From Chthoniobacterales bacterium (GTDB lineage Bacteria > Verrucomicrobiota > Verrucomicrobiia > Chthoniobacterales > UBA10450), in NCBI GenBank assembly GCA_046262735.1, contig JBHEMD010000216.1, positions 3,459-67,458 on the forward strand: 64,000 nt of DNA. Reading direction: 5' to 3'. Each line of letters opens with the position of its first letter. Position 1 is the first letter of the stretch. The notes beneath the pieces are model-generated. The model saw only the letters and a program-made list of their open reading frames with translations, was not told the origin of the DNA and made no database searches. The translations under genes and the position numbers were made by a program. Positions 1-9,687 of this stretch are shown piece after piece.

Positions 1-917
1 TCGACGATTACGCCGTCGTCCGGCATCCGGAGTTGGGAATCGAAATCGCGCGGGAATTCGATCATCCGCCGGCCCCGCTCGAGCGCGTGGCCTACGCCGT
101 CGAGCAAAACGATCATCGCGGCACATTTTATTTCGCGCAGCTGGCAACGGTTGCGCCGAAGGGATCCAAGGGGCTGGTTGGTTTCCACGGCGCCGGCGGC
201 GGCGGTTCGATGATGTCGATGGACGCCATTGTGAACGCTGGGTTCACGATCGCCAACTTTACCGATACCAGCGGCAATCCGTCTGCCTCGAAAGTGTATC
301 GCGCCGCGCGCATCATCCTGGCTCAACCCGACCTCATCGGCTATTTCGGCTCCGGCTCCGGCGTGGCCAGCCAGGAACAATTTTGGTCCGCGTATGGCCT
401 GGCGAAAGCGTTTTGCGAACTCGATCTCGATATTCCCGCGGTCATTCGTTTGGGCGGCAACACCGAAGATCGCGCGGTCGAAATCTTGCACCGAATGTCC
501 AAGCTCCTTCGCGCGCCAGTCGAAGGCTATCGCAAAACCGAGACGCCGGCTAGAATCGCTGCCCGTTTTGGCGAGCTCGTTGCGCAAGGGCGCGGCATAA
601 AGTGGAAACCGCGCGCACCGCGCGTCCCAAAATTCATCAAAGACAAATCCGCAACGATGCTCTCGGTCAAAGGTGGTCGCGTTTGGATCGACAGCGGACG
701 ATGGCCGGAGATCCGCTCTGCGGTCGAAGAGCATTCCGGCGGTTTGATTGTCGATCGTGCCGGCGCTCCCGCTGCGTCGCTCCCAAGCGACGAGTTCGCG
801 ACCAAAGATTCCGAGCTGCTCGCGTGCGACGTCGAATGCTGCCTTGCCGCAATCGAAGGTTTTTATCTGGAACTGGATATTCCCGGGCTGGGTGAATTGA
901 TCGGAAGCCCACGTTAA
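1..917 (+). CDS. ATP-grasp CoA-ligase beta-type subunit (SucC / ATP-citrate-lyase small-subunit-like), 5' end cut by the window edge
   Basis: Frame is open from position 3 (DDYAVVRHPELGIE, like the SucC LDDNALFRHP segment). GAGGGGSMMSMDAI and IRLGGNTEDRA fit the ligase-CoA C-terminal domain. About 110 extra C-terminal residues. TAATG overlap with the next gene. Confidence 0.7.
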   Translation, partial: DDYAVVRHPELGIEIAREFDHPPAPLERVAYAVEQNDHRGTFYFAQLATVAPKGSKGLVGFHGAGGGGSMMSMDAIVNAGFTIANFTDTSGNPSASKVYRAARIILAQPDLIGYFGSGSGVASQEQFWSAYGLAKAFCELDLDIPAVIRLGGNTEDRAVEILHRMSKLLRAPVEGYRKTETPARIAARFGELVAQGRGIKWKPRAPRVPKFIKDKSATMLSVKGGRVWIDSGRWPEIRSAVEEHSGGLIVDRAGAPAASLPSDEFATKDSELLACDVECCLAAIEGFYLELDIPGLGELIGSPR

Positions 918-2641
918 TGGCAATCTTGATTGACGAGAAAAAGCGCGTGCTGGTGCAAGGGATAACCGGCCGGGAAGGTCAGGCGCGCACGCGCTTGATG
1001 CGCGAGTACGGCACCAATGTGGTCGCGGGCGTGACCCCGGGCAAAGGCGGGCAGACTGTTCTTGGGGTGCCCGTGTTTAACACGCCGCAGGAGGCAGTGA
1101 AGGCGTTGGGGAAGATCGACATCAGCGTGCTTTTCGTTCCAGCGGCCGGCGTCAAAAACGCGGCCATTTCTGCGATTGAATCGGGAATCAAACTGACCGT
1201 GCTGGTGCCGGATCGCGTGCCGGTGTGGGACGCGATGGAAATCGCAGCCGCCGCCAAAGCAAACGGCGCGACTTTTCTGGGGCCAAATACACTTGGCGTG
1301 TTGAGCCCGGGCAAAGGCGTCGTCGGAATGATTGGTGGTCGCGCTGAGAGTGCAAGACAGTGGTTCAAGCCCGGAATTCCAAAGGGAATCGGCGTGATCA
1401 GTCGTTCCGGCGGGATGGCATCAAGCACCGGCTATTACCTCGGACAAGCCGGCGTTCGCATTTCCACAATCGTGCACATTGGAGGCGATGCGGTGCTCGG
1501 CATTCGTCTGCCTGACGCGGCGCTGATGTTTGAAGCCGATCCGCTCACTGAAGCGATCGTGATCTTTGGCGAGATCGGTTCGTCACAGGAAGAGGAACTT
1601 GCGCAACTGATCATCGATCGGAAAATTACCAAACCATTGATCGCCTACATCGGGGGCAAGGCGGCCCGGGAAGGCACGCGCTTCAGTCATGCCGGCGCGA
1701 TTATCGAAGGCGGGCGCGGCACGCACGACGGAAAAGTGAAAGCGTTGCGTGACGCCGGCGCGACCGTGGTCGATGCGTTTGGCGATCTGCCGGCTGCCTT
1801 GGTTGAAATTCTGAAGCGAATAAAAGGACAAAGTTTGATGAGTGAAACTGATAAGAATGCGGTTTGGAATACGGCTGTCACACGGATCGAGCCGAACCGG
1901 GTAGCCGTACGCGGTTACGACATCGCCGAGCTGATGGGCCGCATTTCGTTCGGCGCGGCAGTTTATTTGATCCTGACTGGCGAACTGCCCTCAGCGGCTG
2001 TCGGCCGATTGATGGACGCGATTTTGGTTTCGTCGATCGATCACGGCGCGACACCACCGAGCGCATTGGCGGCGCGCACTGCCGCATCCACCGGCGCGTC
2101 ATTGAGCGCCGCGGTTGCTGCCGGTGTGATGTCGATCAACCGTCACCACGGTGGCGCGATTGAGGATTGCGCCCGCCAACTGAAAAAAATTGCCAATCTT
2201 TCAACGCGAGAATCGATTTCGTTGAATGAAGCGGCTGCGCACACGCTCGATGCCATGCGCCAAGCGGGCGAACGGATGCCGGGATTCGGTCATCGCTATC
2301 ACACCAAAGATCCGCGCACGACGCGACTTTTCGAGCTGGCGCGCGAAGCCGGGGTGGATGGACTACACATGCACGCGGCGCGTGCCGTTGAAAAATGCTT
2401 CGCCGATGCGAAAAAATCGCTGCCCATCAACGTGGACGGCGCAATCGGCGCGATCCTGGCCGATTTGGGAATGAACCCCGCCGCCTTCAACGGCATTTTC
2501 ATGATCGCACGCACGCCCGGGCTAGCCGCGCACGTGATCGAAGAACAAACCCGCGAAAAACCAATGCGCCGAATCGATCCGATCAATCACGGCTACGACG
2601 GGCCATCACCTCGATCTCTAACCACGAATGAACACGAATAA
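917..2641 (+). CDS. SucD-like CoA-ligase alpha domain fused to a citryl-CoA-lyase/citrate-synthase-like domain (ATP-citrate-lyase large-subunit architecture)
   Basis: N-terminus VLVQGITGREG...GVTPGKGG is a CoA-binding fold. RFSHAGAII is the phosphohistidine loop. C-terminal HHGGAIE ... GFGHRYHTKDPR are citrate-synthase-family catalytic motifs. Confidence 0.75.
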   Translation: MAILIDEKKRVLVQGITGREGQARTRLMREYGTNVVAGVTPGKGGQTVLGVPVFNTPQEAVKALGKIDISVLFVPAAGVKNAAISAIESGIKLTVLVPDRVPVWDAMEIAAAAKANGATFLGPNTLGVLSPGKGVVGMIGGRAESARQWFKPGIPKGIGVISRSGGMASSTGYYLGQAGVRISTIVHIGGDAVLGIRLPDAALMFEADPLTEAIVIFGEIGSSQEEELAQLIIDRKITKPLIAYIGGKAAREGTRFSHAGAIIEGGRGTHDGKVKALRDAGATVVDAFGDLPAALVEILKRIKGQSLMSETDKNAVWNTAVTRIEPNRVAVRGYDIAELMGRISFGAAVYLILTGELPSAAVGRLMDAILVSSIDHGATPPSALAARTAASTGASLSAAVAAGVMSINRHHGGAIEDCARQLKKIANLSTRESISLNEAAAHTLDAMRQAGERMPGFGHRYHTKDPRTTRLFELAREAGVDGLHMHAARAVEKCFADAKKSLPINVDGAIGAILADLGMNPAAFNGIFMIARTPGLAAHVIEEQTREKPMRRIDPINHGYDGPSPRSLTTNEHE

Positions 2642-2712
2642 ACACGTATTCATCAGCAGATATACGCAACGGTTGTCGTGCTTCGTGTCCATTCGTGTCT
2701 ATTAGTGGTTAT

Positions 2713-3294
2713 ATGAAATACGGCGTAACAGAGATCGGGGAGCTTTTTCCCAGCTTGATGGAGATCAAGGACGAATCGCTGCGCGAAAAAGTGGCGGCGG
2801 TCTGGAACGAAGCGATCACCGCCGGCTGCGGCGGGAAAGGCTGGACTTTCGACGAACTGCGCGCGGTCAAGTTCACTCTGCTCGCCGGCGACATCGAGAT
2901 GACCTTTGTCGAGCATCTCAATTCCTGCGCGCGCCAATGCATCGCGATTGCCGATGTGCTGGTGAGCGCGTTCCGCTGCGGCATCCCCATCGAGCGCGAT
3001 TATCTCATCGCCGGCGCGTTGCTCGCCGATGTCGGCAAACCGCTCGAATATGCCAGGGACGCGTCAGGGAGAGTAGTTCAGGGAGAATTCGGGCAACAGG
3101 TACGCCACCCATTCAGCGGTGTCGCCCTCGCCTACAAACACGAAATTCCCGGCGAAGTTCTGCACATCATCGCGACGCACAGTCACGAAGGCGACAAGGT
3201 CGAGCGCTCGATCGAGTCGATCATTTTCCACCACGCCGACTTCGTCGATTTCGATATCGCCAAGGTTCTCGGGAAACGCGCCGGGAAAAAGTGA
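2713..3294 (+). CDS. HD-superfamily domain protein (variant motif)
   Basis: VEHLNS...ALLADVGK...ATHSHEGD...FHHADFVD layout matches an HD phosphohydrolase fold, but the HD doublet reads AD. Start is ambiguous (GTG 2695 or ATG 2713). Confidence 0.55.
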   Translation: MKYGVTEIGELFPSLMEIKDESLREKVAAVWNEAITAGCGGKGWTFDELRAVKFTLLAGDIEMTFVEHLNSCARQCIAIADVLVSAFRCGIPIERDYLIAGALLADVGKPLEYARDASGRVVQGEFGQQVRHPFSGVALAYKHEIPGEVLHIIATHSHEGDKVERSIESIIFHHADFVDFDIAKVLGKRAGKK

Positions 3295-3323
3295 CACTGG
3301 CGCCTCGCAGAGGCGCCCTACAG

Positions 3324-6278
3324 TCATTGTTTCGCCAACAATTGTCGTAGCACGAACGGAAGAATCCCGCCATGCCGATAGTAATCGATCTCGATTGGTG
3401 TATCGATGCGCAGCTTCACCGGAACTGAGCGCGATTCGGAACCTCTTTTGATCTCGAGGGTGACTTGCTGCCCCGGTTGAATCGAATCCGACAATCCGGT
3501 GATCGAAAAGATTTCGGAGCCGTCCAACCCGAGCGTTTGCGCGTTTGTATCTTCGGCAAATTGCAGCGGCAGCACGCCCATCCCGACGAGGTTCGATCGA
3601 TGAATTCGCTCAAAACTGGACGCAATAACCGCTTTTACCCCAAGTAAACGTGTTCCCTTCGCCGCCCAGTCGCGTGATGAACCGGTCCCATATTCGTGCC
3701 CGGCCAAAATGATAAGCGGGACGTTTTTCTCCCGGTATTTCATTGCCGCATCAAAGATCGACATTTGTTCCGCTGTAGTGGCCGCTGTCTCAGCGGCAGG
3801 CGCAGATTTGCCGCCCGGGACGGCGGCCTCTACCGGAAAATAATTTGTCACACCTCCTTCGGTGCCCGGTACCATCAAATTTTTGATCCGGACGTTCGCG
3901 AACGTTCCACGCGTCATGACCAAATCGTTTCCGCGCCGTGAGCCGTAACTGTTAAAATCTTCCGGCTGAACACCGCGCGAAATGAGGTACTGACCGGCCG
4001 GCGAGGTCGCTTTAATCGCGCCTGCAGGCGAAATGTGATCCGTGGTCACAGTGTCTCCAAAGATCCCCAGCGCCCGCGCACCGCTGATGTTGTCGATCTT
4101 GCCGACTTCCATTGAGAAATCCTGGAAGAAGGGCGGCTCGTGGATGTAATCGCTCTTTGTGTCCCATTGATAAACTTCGCCCGTGCTCGATGGAATTTCG
4201 TTCCACTTCGGGTTTTGACCCGCGAAATCGCGATAAAGTTTGCGAAATACTTCCGGTTTCAGCGCCGACTGCATCGCGTCACGGATTTCTGTTAACGATG
4301 GCCAAAGATCGCGCAGAAAAGTTTCCTTGCCATCCTTGTCCTTGGCGATGGGCTCTTTGCTCAGATCGACATCCACGCGTCCAGCGAGCGCGAACGCCAC
4401 CACCAGCGGCGGCGACATTAGAAAATTCGCCTTAATGTTTTGATGGACGCGCGCTTCAAAATTCCGGTTTCCCGAAAGGACCGACGCAGCGACCAGATCG
4501 TATTCGTTGATCGCCTTTTCAATATTGGGATGGAGCGGTCCGGAGTTTCCGATGCAGGTCGTGCAGCCGTAGCCGACGAGATTAAAACCGAGTTGGTCGA
4601 GATATTTTTGCAGACCGGTTTTGTCGAGATAATCGGTCACCACGCGCGAACCGGGCGCGAGCGAAGTTTTCACTGCCGGGTCGATTTTTAATCCACGTTC
4701 GATCGCTTTCTTGGCCAGCAAACCCGCCGCCAACATCACGCTCGGATTGCTTGTGTTTGTGCAACTCGTGATCGCGGCAATCAGCACGCTGCCATGACCA
4801 ATCTGGCTTTTCCCGTGGCGGAACGGATCAGCGGCCGAATCTTTCAGTTCCTTCGCGGTGTCCGGGGTCGGCCGATTGCTTATCATCTCAGCCTTGTTGC
4901 GCTCTTCGCCGGGCTCGAGTCGCGCATCGGGCTTGTCGGTCGAAAGCATGTCGCCGTCCGCCGGTGCGCTGCCATTCAGTTGGACCAAATGTTTTGCGTT
5001 AAGATCGACATCTTCCTTCCCGTAACCGCCGTCCTTCACCGGTTTTTTCAATAGCGAACGAAAAGTTTCACCAAGCGCCGGAAGATTGATCCGGTCCTGC
5101 GGACGCTTCGGTCCGGCCACGGCGGGCTGCACCTCGCCGAGATTCAATTCGAGATCGACGCTGTAATCGATTTCGCCTTTCCCCGGCATGCCGAACATTT
5201 TCTGCGCGCGAAAATAATTTTCGAACGCGGCGCATTGTTCGTCAGTTCGCCCGGTCGCCCGCAAGTACGCGACCGATTCCTGGTCGATCGGGAAAAAGCC
5301 CATGGTCGCGCCGTATTCGGGCGACATGTTGCCGATCGTGGCGCGGTCCGGCACCGGCAACGAGGCCGCGCCTTCGCCATAAAACTCGACGAATTTCCCA
5401 ACGACTTTTTGGGCACGCAGCATCTCGGTGATGTGCAACACCAGGTCGGTCGCGGTCACCCCTTCGCGCAATTGGCCGGTCATGTGCACGCCCACGACTT
5501 CCGGCGTGAGAAAATAAACCGGCTGACCGAGCATTCCCGCTTCGGCTTCGATGCCGCCCACACCCCAGCCGACGACGCCGAGGCCGTTAATCATCGTCGT
5601 GTGCGAGTCAGTTCCAACGAGCGTATCGGGGTAAAAAAGTAACGCAGGCATCTTGCCTGCATTCTTTTGGGTTACAGGCTGGAAGCCTGCGTTACTGAGC
5701 ACGCCTTTCGCCAGATATTCGAGATTCACCTGGTGAACGATTCCGATGCCGGGCGGGATGAGCTGGAAGGTTTTGAATGCCTGTTGGCCCCACTTCAAAA
5801 ATTGGTAGCGCTCGCGGTTGCGCTTGAACTCCATCTCCAGATTCAATTGCAACGCTCTGGTTGAGCCGAAGAAATCGACCTGGACGGAGTGATCGACCAC
5901 GAGATCGACCGGGACGAGCGGCTCGATGATTTTCGGGTCGCCGCCGAGCCGTTTCACCGCGCTGCGCATCGCGGTAAGATCGACAACCAGCGGGACGCCG
6001 GTGAAATCCTGGAGCACGATCCGCGCGACCACGAACGGGATTTCTTCATTCGCCGGTTTCTTCGCATTCCATTTCGCCAGCGTCTCAACGTCTTTGCGCC
6101 GAACTTTTTTCCCGTCGCAATTGCGCAGCACGGATTCGAGCACGATTCGAATGCTCACCGGCAACCGCGAAATTCTCGCGACCCCTTGCTCCTCCAGCGC
6201 CGGGAGCAAATGGAGAAATCCTTCGCGGCCGTTGCCGGCGTCGAACTTCTTCAGCGTGTTGAACTCGTCCATTGTCAT
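3324..6278 (-). CDS. acnA: aconitate hydratase A
   Basis: 984 aa with full-length aconitase motifs: [55 protein letters not shown] and a C-terminal swivel domain. Confidence 0.95.
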   Translation of the reverse strand: MTMDEFNTLKKFDAGNGREGFLHLLPALEEQGVARISRLPVSIRIVLESVLRNCDGKKVRRKDVETLAKWNAKKPANEEIPFVVARIVLQDFTGVPLVVDLTAMRSAVKRLGGDPKIIEPLVPVDLVVDHSVQVDFFGSTRALQLNLEMEFKRNRERYQFLKWGQQAFKTFQLIPPGIGIVHQVNLEYLAKGVLSNAGFQPVTQKNAGKMPALLFYPDTLVGTDSHTTMINGLGVVGWGVGGIEAEAGMLGQPVYFLTPEVVGVHMTGQLREGVTATDLVLHITEMLRAQKVVGKFVEFYGEGAASLPVPDRATIGNMSPEYGATMGFFPIDQESVAYLRATGRTDEQCAAFENYFRAQKMFGMPGKGEIDYSVDLELNLGEVQPAVAGPKRPQDRINLPALGETFRSLLKKPVKDGGYGKEDVDLNAKHLVQLNGSAPADGDMLSTDKPDARLEPGEERNKAEMISNRPTPDTAKELKDSAADPFRHGKSQIGHGSVLIAAITSCTNTSNPSVMLAAGLLAKKAIERGLKIDPAVKTSLAPGSRVVTDYLDKTGLQKYLDQLGFNLVGYGCTTCIGNSGPLHPNIEKAINEYDLVAASVLSGNRNFEARVHQNIKANFLMSPPLVVAFALAGRVDVDLSKEPIAKDKDGKETFLRDLWPSLTEIRDAMQSALKPEVFRKLYRDFAGQNPKWNEIPSSTGEVYQWDTKSDYIHEPPFFQDFSMEVGKIDNISGARALGIFGDTVTTDHISPAGAIKATSPAGQYLISRGVQPEDFNSYGSRRGNDLVMTRGTFANVRIKNLMVPGTEGGVTNYFPVEAAVPGGKSAPAAETAATTAEQMSIFDAAMKYREKNVPLIILAGHEYGTGSSRDWAAKGTRLLGVKAVIASSFERIHRSNLVGMGVLPLQFAEDTNAQTLGLDGSEIFSITGLSDSIQPGQQVTLEIKRGSESRSVPVKLRIDTPIEIDYYRHGGILPFVLRQLLAKQ

Positions 6279-6306
6279 GTCGAGCTTCGCTCAGGATGAC
6301 AATCTG

Positions 6307-6801
6307 TCATTTCAGTTCCGCCAGTTTCGCTTTGATGTTGTCGAAGTTAGGCAGTTGCTTCGCGTCGTCGCTGCTCTCGGCGTATTGAATGACACCGTTT
6401 TTATCGACAATGAACGCGGAACGTTTCGCCACGCCGCCCATGCCGAGGTTCAACTGCGGCAGAAACGAGTCGTAGGCCACGCCGTAATCTCTGGCGACCT
6501 TATGTTCGTAATCACTCAGCAGCGTGACGCCGATCTTTTCCTTTTGCGACCACGCTTCCTGCGCGAACGGGTTGTCGCCGCTGATGCCGTAAACTTCCGC
6601 GTTGAGATCACGGTAACCGTTCAAGCCCTGGCTCACGTCGCACATTTCGGTGGTGCAGACGCCGGTAAACGCCATTGGGAAAAAAAGCAGGACCGTATTC
6701 TTCTTCCCGAGGTTGTCGCTCAGTTTGATCTGTTTCGGGCCCTCGGCGGTTTTGGTGGGTAAAGTGAAATCGGGCGCTTTGGTTCCAACTGCAAGTGACA
6801 T
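6307..6801 (-). CDS. peroxiredoxin (AhpC/TSA-redoxin family)
   Basis: APDFTLP...VLLFFPMAFTGVCTTEMC has a peroxidatic-Cys motif. 164 aa. Confidence 0.85.
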   Translation of the reverse strand: MSLAVGTKAPDFTLPTKTAEGPKQIKLSDNLGKKNTVLLFFPMAFTGVCTTEMCDVSQGLNGYRDLNAEVYGISGDNPFAQEAWSQKEKIGVTLLSDYEHKVARDYGVAYDSFLPQLNLGMGGVAKRSAFIVDKNGVIQYAESSDDAKQLPNFDNIKAKLAELK

Positions 6802-6893
6802 GGTTTGGTCCTCCGGTTTGCGTTAAATCGGGGGGAATTCAGTATAAGATCGACATCTGGCGGGTCAAAGGGAGAACGTGAAACCACCGGTTG

Positions 6894-6988
6894 TGTCATG
6901 TTGAACGAAGCGAAACATCTCTGATTTTTGTGTGTGTGCTGCCACTGGAAAGCAGCCCAGAGATTCTTCGCATTCGTTCAGAATGACA
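6894..6988. repeat. imperfect ~30-bp inverted repeat (REP/MITE-like palindrome) in a divergent promoter region
   Basis: 6894-6923 TGTCATGTTGAACGAAGCGAAACATCTCTG pairs with 6958-6988 CAGAGATTCTTCGCATTCGTTCAGAATGACA (about 26 of 31 positions). The inner loop has its own GCTGC/GCAGC stem. A related half-copy lies at 6281-6301. Confidence 0.5.
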
Positions 6989-7016
6989 ATGGTAGTAACC
7001 GCTTCAACGTTTCGCT

Positions 7017-7511
7017 ATGGAACTCCTTTGGTGGTTGATCACAATCATCCTCTTCGCCGTCGGCCTGATCGGCACCGTTGTTCCAGTCTTGCCCGGGACG
7101 ACCATTATCCTGGCGGCTGCCGTGATTCACCGGCTGATGCTGGGACCCGAGAAAAGCGTCGGCTGGCGAACACTGTCGATTCTGGTTGTGCTCACGCTTG
7201 CCACTTACGCGCTGGATTTTCTCGGCGCGTATTTCGGCGCGAAGTATTTCGGGGCAAGCAAATGGGGAACCTTCGGCGCAATCATCGGCGCGCTCGTCGG
7301 CCTTTTCTTCGGCATCATTGGCTTGTTTGTCGGCCCACTCGTTGGCGCGATCGTCGGTGAATTCATCGCCGGCAAACGAATGATCGATGCCGGCCGGGCG
7401 GGCTGGGGAAGTTTGCTAGGCAACCTTGGCGGGATGGTGGGCAAACTGCTGATTGCGTTGACGATGATTGTGGTGTTTCTGCTCAGCGCGCCATCGCCAT
7501 TTCTAACGTGA
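7017..7511 (+). CDS. DUF456-family inner-membrane protein
   Basis: Four hydrophobic segments. GTVVPVLPGT and YFGAKYFGASKWG are typical of DUF456. Confidence 0.7.
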   Translation: MELLWWLITIILFAVGLIGTVVPVLPGTTIILAAAVIHRLMLGPEKSVGWRTLSILVVLTLATYALDFLGAYFGAKYFGASKWGTFGAIIGALVGLFFGIIGLFVGPLVGAIVGEFIAGKRMIDAGRAGWGSLLGNLGGMVGKLLIALTMIVVFLLSAPSPFLT

Positions 7512-7515
7512 TCGA

Positions 7516-8151
7516 ATGACTACTTCTCTTCCAACCGAACAACGTTTGGCCACACTGCGCGCGCTGCTCGAATCGCAGGAGGCATATCGAGGCCGCTTTG
7601 CGCGAGTCGCATTGATTGGAGGGACGTTGTCGATCTTGACCGCCGCGGCGTTGTTCATCAATGACGAGGTTACGCCGTTGCTCGACCGGCCGATCCGGCC
7701 GCGGGAATTCGCCTTGGCGTGGCTCATCGTGCTGGCGCTTACCGTGCTGAGCGGAGCGCTTCTATCGATAAGGGCGGCGCGAACGGCAGAGGCCGTTTCC
7801 AAGAGGCCGCGGCTAAAATTGCTGCTCGCTACTCTCGCGCCTTATTTGCTTATTCCCGGCGCGTTCACCGCGTGGTTTTTTGGCACCGGTTATCTCGGAG
7901 GCGCCGAGCTCGATCTCGTTGTCGTGTGGATCGCGTTCTACGGCCTGATGTTGGTGTCAACCGCCGTGTTTGCTCCGCGCGCGATCGTTCTTCTCGGCTG
8001 GGTCTTTCTCCTCAGCGCTGTCGCCGTGCCGCTTCTGGAGGAGAAGCTCGATCTCTGGATCGGTGACATGCCGAGTTTGCTCATGGGACTGACCTTCGGC
8101 CTTTATCATTGGATTTACGCCGTCCTCAACTGGCGAGCGAGGCTGGGCTAA
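7516..8151 (+). CDS. hypothetical polytopic membrane protein
   Basis: 211-aa ORF with 5-6 hydrophobic helices, 4 nt after the previous gene. No recognisable motif. Confidence 0.5.
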   Translation: MTTSLPTEQRLATLRALLESQEAYRGRFARVALIGGTLSILTAAALFINDEVTPLLDRPIRPREFALAWLIVLALTVLSGALLSIRAARTAEAVSKRPRLKLLLATLAPYLLIPGAFTAWFFGTGYLGGAELDLVVVWIAFYGLMLVSTAVFAPRAIVLLGWVFLLSAVAVPLLEEKLDLWIGDMPSLLMGLTFGLYHWIYAVLNWRARLG

Positions 8152-8191
8152 TTCGTCACCACTGGCTCGACAGTTGCTCCGCTAGCAGACC

Positions 8192-8449
8192 ATGAACCTT
8201 GTCTTCGTTTTAGTCGTACTGGCGGTTGTGGGCTTGGCGTTTTTTCTCCAGAAACAGAGCAATACAGGACACGCCGCCGAGACACGCGAAGCTGTCGAGC
8301 TGGCTGCGAAAGAATCGTCACCGGCGGCGGCAACGGCAACCCCGAAAAGCCAGTCGTCGCAACCGAACTACATGAAGCGCGCGCTCGACCGCGCCCGGGA
8401 TGTAAGGAACGAATCACGCGCTCGGACACAGGCGGCCCAAGATCCATGA
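8192..8449 (+). CDS. hypothetical small membrane-anchored protein
   Basis: N-terminal TM helix (MNLVFVLVVLAVVGLAFF) followed by a polar tail. A strong hairpin follows. Confidence 0.4.
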   Translation: MNLVFVLVVLAVVGLAFFLQKQSNTGHAAETREAVELAAKESSPAAATATPKSQSSQPNYMKRALDRARDVRNESRARTQAAQDP

Positions 8450-8451
8450 AC

Positions 8452-8501
8452 GGTAGGGACACCGCGCTGCGGCGTCCGGACACCCAGCCGCAGTCCCTAC
8501 C
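8452..8501 (+). terminator. nested GC-rich hairpin (REP-like / possible terminator)
   Basis: GGTAGGGAC (8452-8460) pairs with GTCCCTACC (8493-8501), with an inner CTGCGGC/GCCGCAG stem. There is no U-tract. Confidence 0.4.
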
Positions 8502-8571
8502 ACTGCAATACCTGCGGAATCGGCGGTTACGCCGGCCTTTCCGGATCGCAGAATTATGCTAAATTTGCCAT

Positions 8572-8970
8572 CGATGGCAGATGATCGCTGGTCAGCCTCA
8601 AAAGCTGGGCCAGAGGAAAGTCCGAACACCATACGGCAGCATGCCACGTAGAAAACGTGGGCAGCCCCGACGAAAGCCGGGGTTGACGGAAAGTGTCACA
8701 GAAAAGACACCGCCGGTTCTTTGAAAGAAGCGCAGGCAAGGGTGAAAAGGCGAGGTAAGAGCTCACCGCTCGCGAAGCAATTCGCGAGGCACGAAAAACC
8801 CCATGCGGTGCAAGACAAAACAGAGGGAGGACAGCCGGTCCGATTTGATCCTCGGGTATCGTCGCACCACGGCGAATGAAAATTCGTCGGGCGCTCGGAG
8901 AAATCCGGGTGAGATAAATGATCATCCTCCCGAAGAAATTCGGGAGACAGAATTCGGCTTACCGCCATCG
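8572..8970 (+). ncRNA. rnpB: RNase P RNA, bacterial type A
   Basis: Hallmark strings GAGGAAAGTCCG, ACAGAAAAGACACCGCC, GGTAAGAGCTCACC and ACAGAATTCGGCTTAC are present. P1 pairing is CGATGGC/GCCATCG at the ends. No credible ORF. Confidence 0.9.
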
Positions 8971-8977
8971 AACACAT

Positions 8978-9016
8978 GAAGGGCGCTTTCGGAAACGAAG
9001 GCGCCCTTCGCTTTTT
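8978..9016 (+). terminator. intrinsic terminator after rnpB (may also serve the convergent hydrolase gene)
   Basis: GAAGGGCGCTTTCG-GAAA-CGAAGGCGCCCTTC forms a ~14-bp stem with a GAAA loop, followed by GCTTTTT. Confidence 0.7.
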
Positions 9017-9022
9017 CCGCGC

Positions 9023-9604
9023 TTACAAACCGGCCACGAATTTTCCGATTGCCCGCAAAATCCCTTCGTCAACGTTATCCTGAGTTTGGCCTGCGGCCGT
9101 GAGCTGGCGCTTGCCCAGGATCAATGAGTGATCGCCGCCTTCCACGACGTGCAGGAAGTTCGGTGCACGCATTTCCCCGCGCACGCGCTCAAGCAGATCC
9201 AATGGACAAAGCGCGTCGCGTGTGCCCTGGATGAAGAGAATGGGCGTGTTCAACCGGCGCAAAACTTCATCGCGCAGTTTTGTCCGATCGCCCATCGCGC
9301 AAAGCGGATAACCCAGGCACACAAGACCGTTGACCGCTTCCTCAAGCGCGACATAACAACCAATCCGGCTGCCCATGCTTTTGCCGATGAGGATTGTCGC
9401 TTTTGGAGCGACGGCCAAAGCTTGCCGGTGCGCCCCGACCAACTGCGGTAGCTGGTCGGGCCGTTTCCGGCGCTCGCGCATGTAAAGATAGTCGAATGTC
9501 TGAACATCGCCGATTGTTTCGAGCCGCTTTTTCCAGGCCTGCATCCACGGGTGCGAAGACGGCGCGCCCGCGCCGGGCGCGAAGAGGAAAAACGGCCGCT
9601 GCAT
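9023..9604 (-). CDS. alpha/beta-fold hydrolase (COG3571 / dienelactone-hydrolase-like)
   Basis: FLFAPGAGA...GKSMGSR (nucleophile elbow)...GTRD...GGDHSL. 193 aa. Confidence 0.75.
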   Translation of the reverse strand: MQRPFFLFAPGAGAPSSHPWMQAWKKRLETIGDVQTFDYLYMRERRKRPDQLPQLVGAHRQALAVAPKATILIGKSMGSRIGCYVALEEAVNGLVCLGYPLCAMGDRTKLRDEVLRRLNTPILFIQGTRDALCPLDLLERVRGEMRAPNFLHVVEGGDHSLILGKRQLTAAGQTQDNVDEGILRAIGKFVAGL

Positions 9605-9640
9605 TCTCGAATCTAGAGCTGAAGGCGGGAACCGGCGACC

Positions 9641-9654
9641 TGTTCATTTGAACT
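9641..9654. promoter_or_regulatory. LexA box upstream of lexA
   Basis: TGTTCATTTGAACT lies 34 nt upstream of the lexA start, with one mismatch to the TGTTC-N4-GAACA palindrome. Confidence 0.7.
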
Positions 9655-9687
9655 TGCGGCGAATGAAAAATCGCGCAACGATCAGCC

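Noticed and set aside
2624-2696. Inverted repeat ACGAATGAACACGAA / TTCGTGTCCATTCGT spanning the end of the ACL-like gene and the start of the HD gene
   Set aside because: The loop is 43 nt, there is no U-tract, and one arm is coding. That is too weak to call a terminator or attenuator.
3324-6278. Aconitase is about 80-90 aa longer than typical AcnA, which might indicate an extra domain
   Set aside because: The excess is spread over three low-complexity surface insertions, for example [44 protein letters not shown]. There is no separate folded domain.
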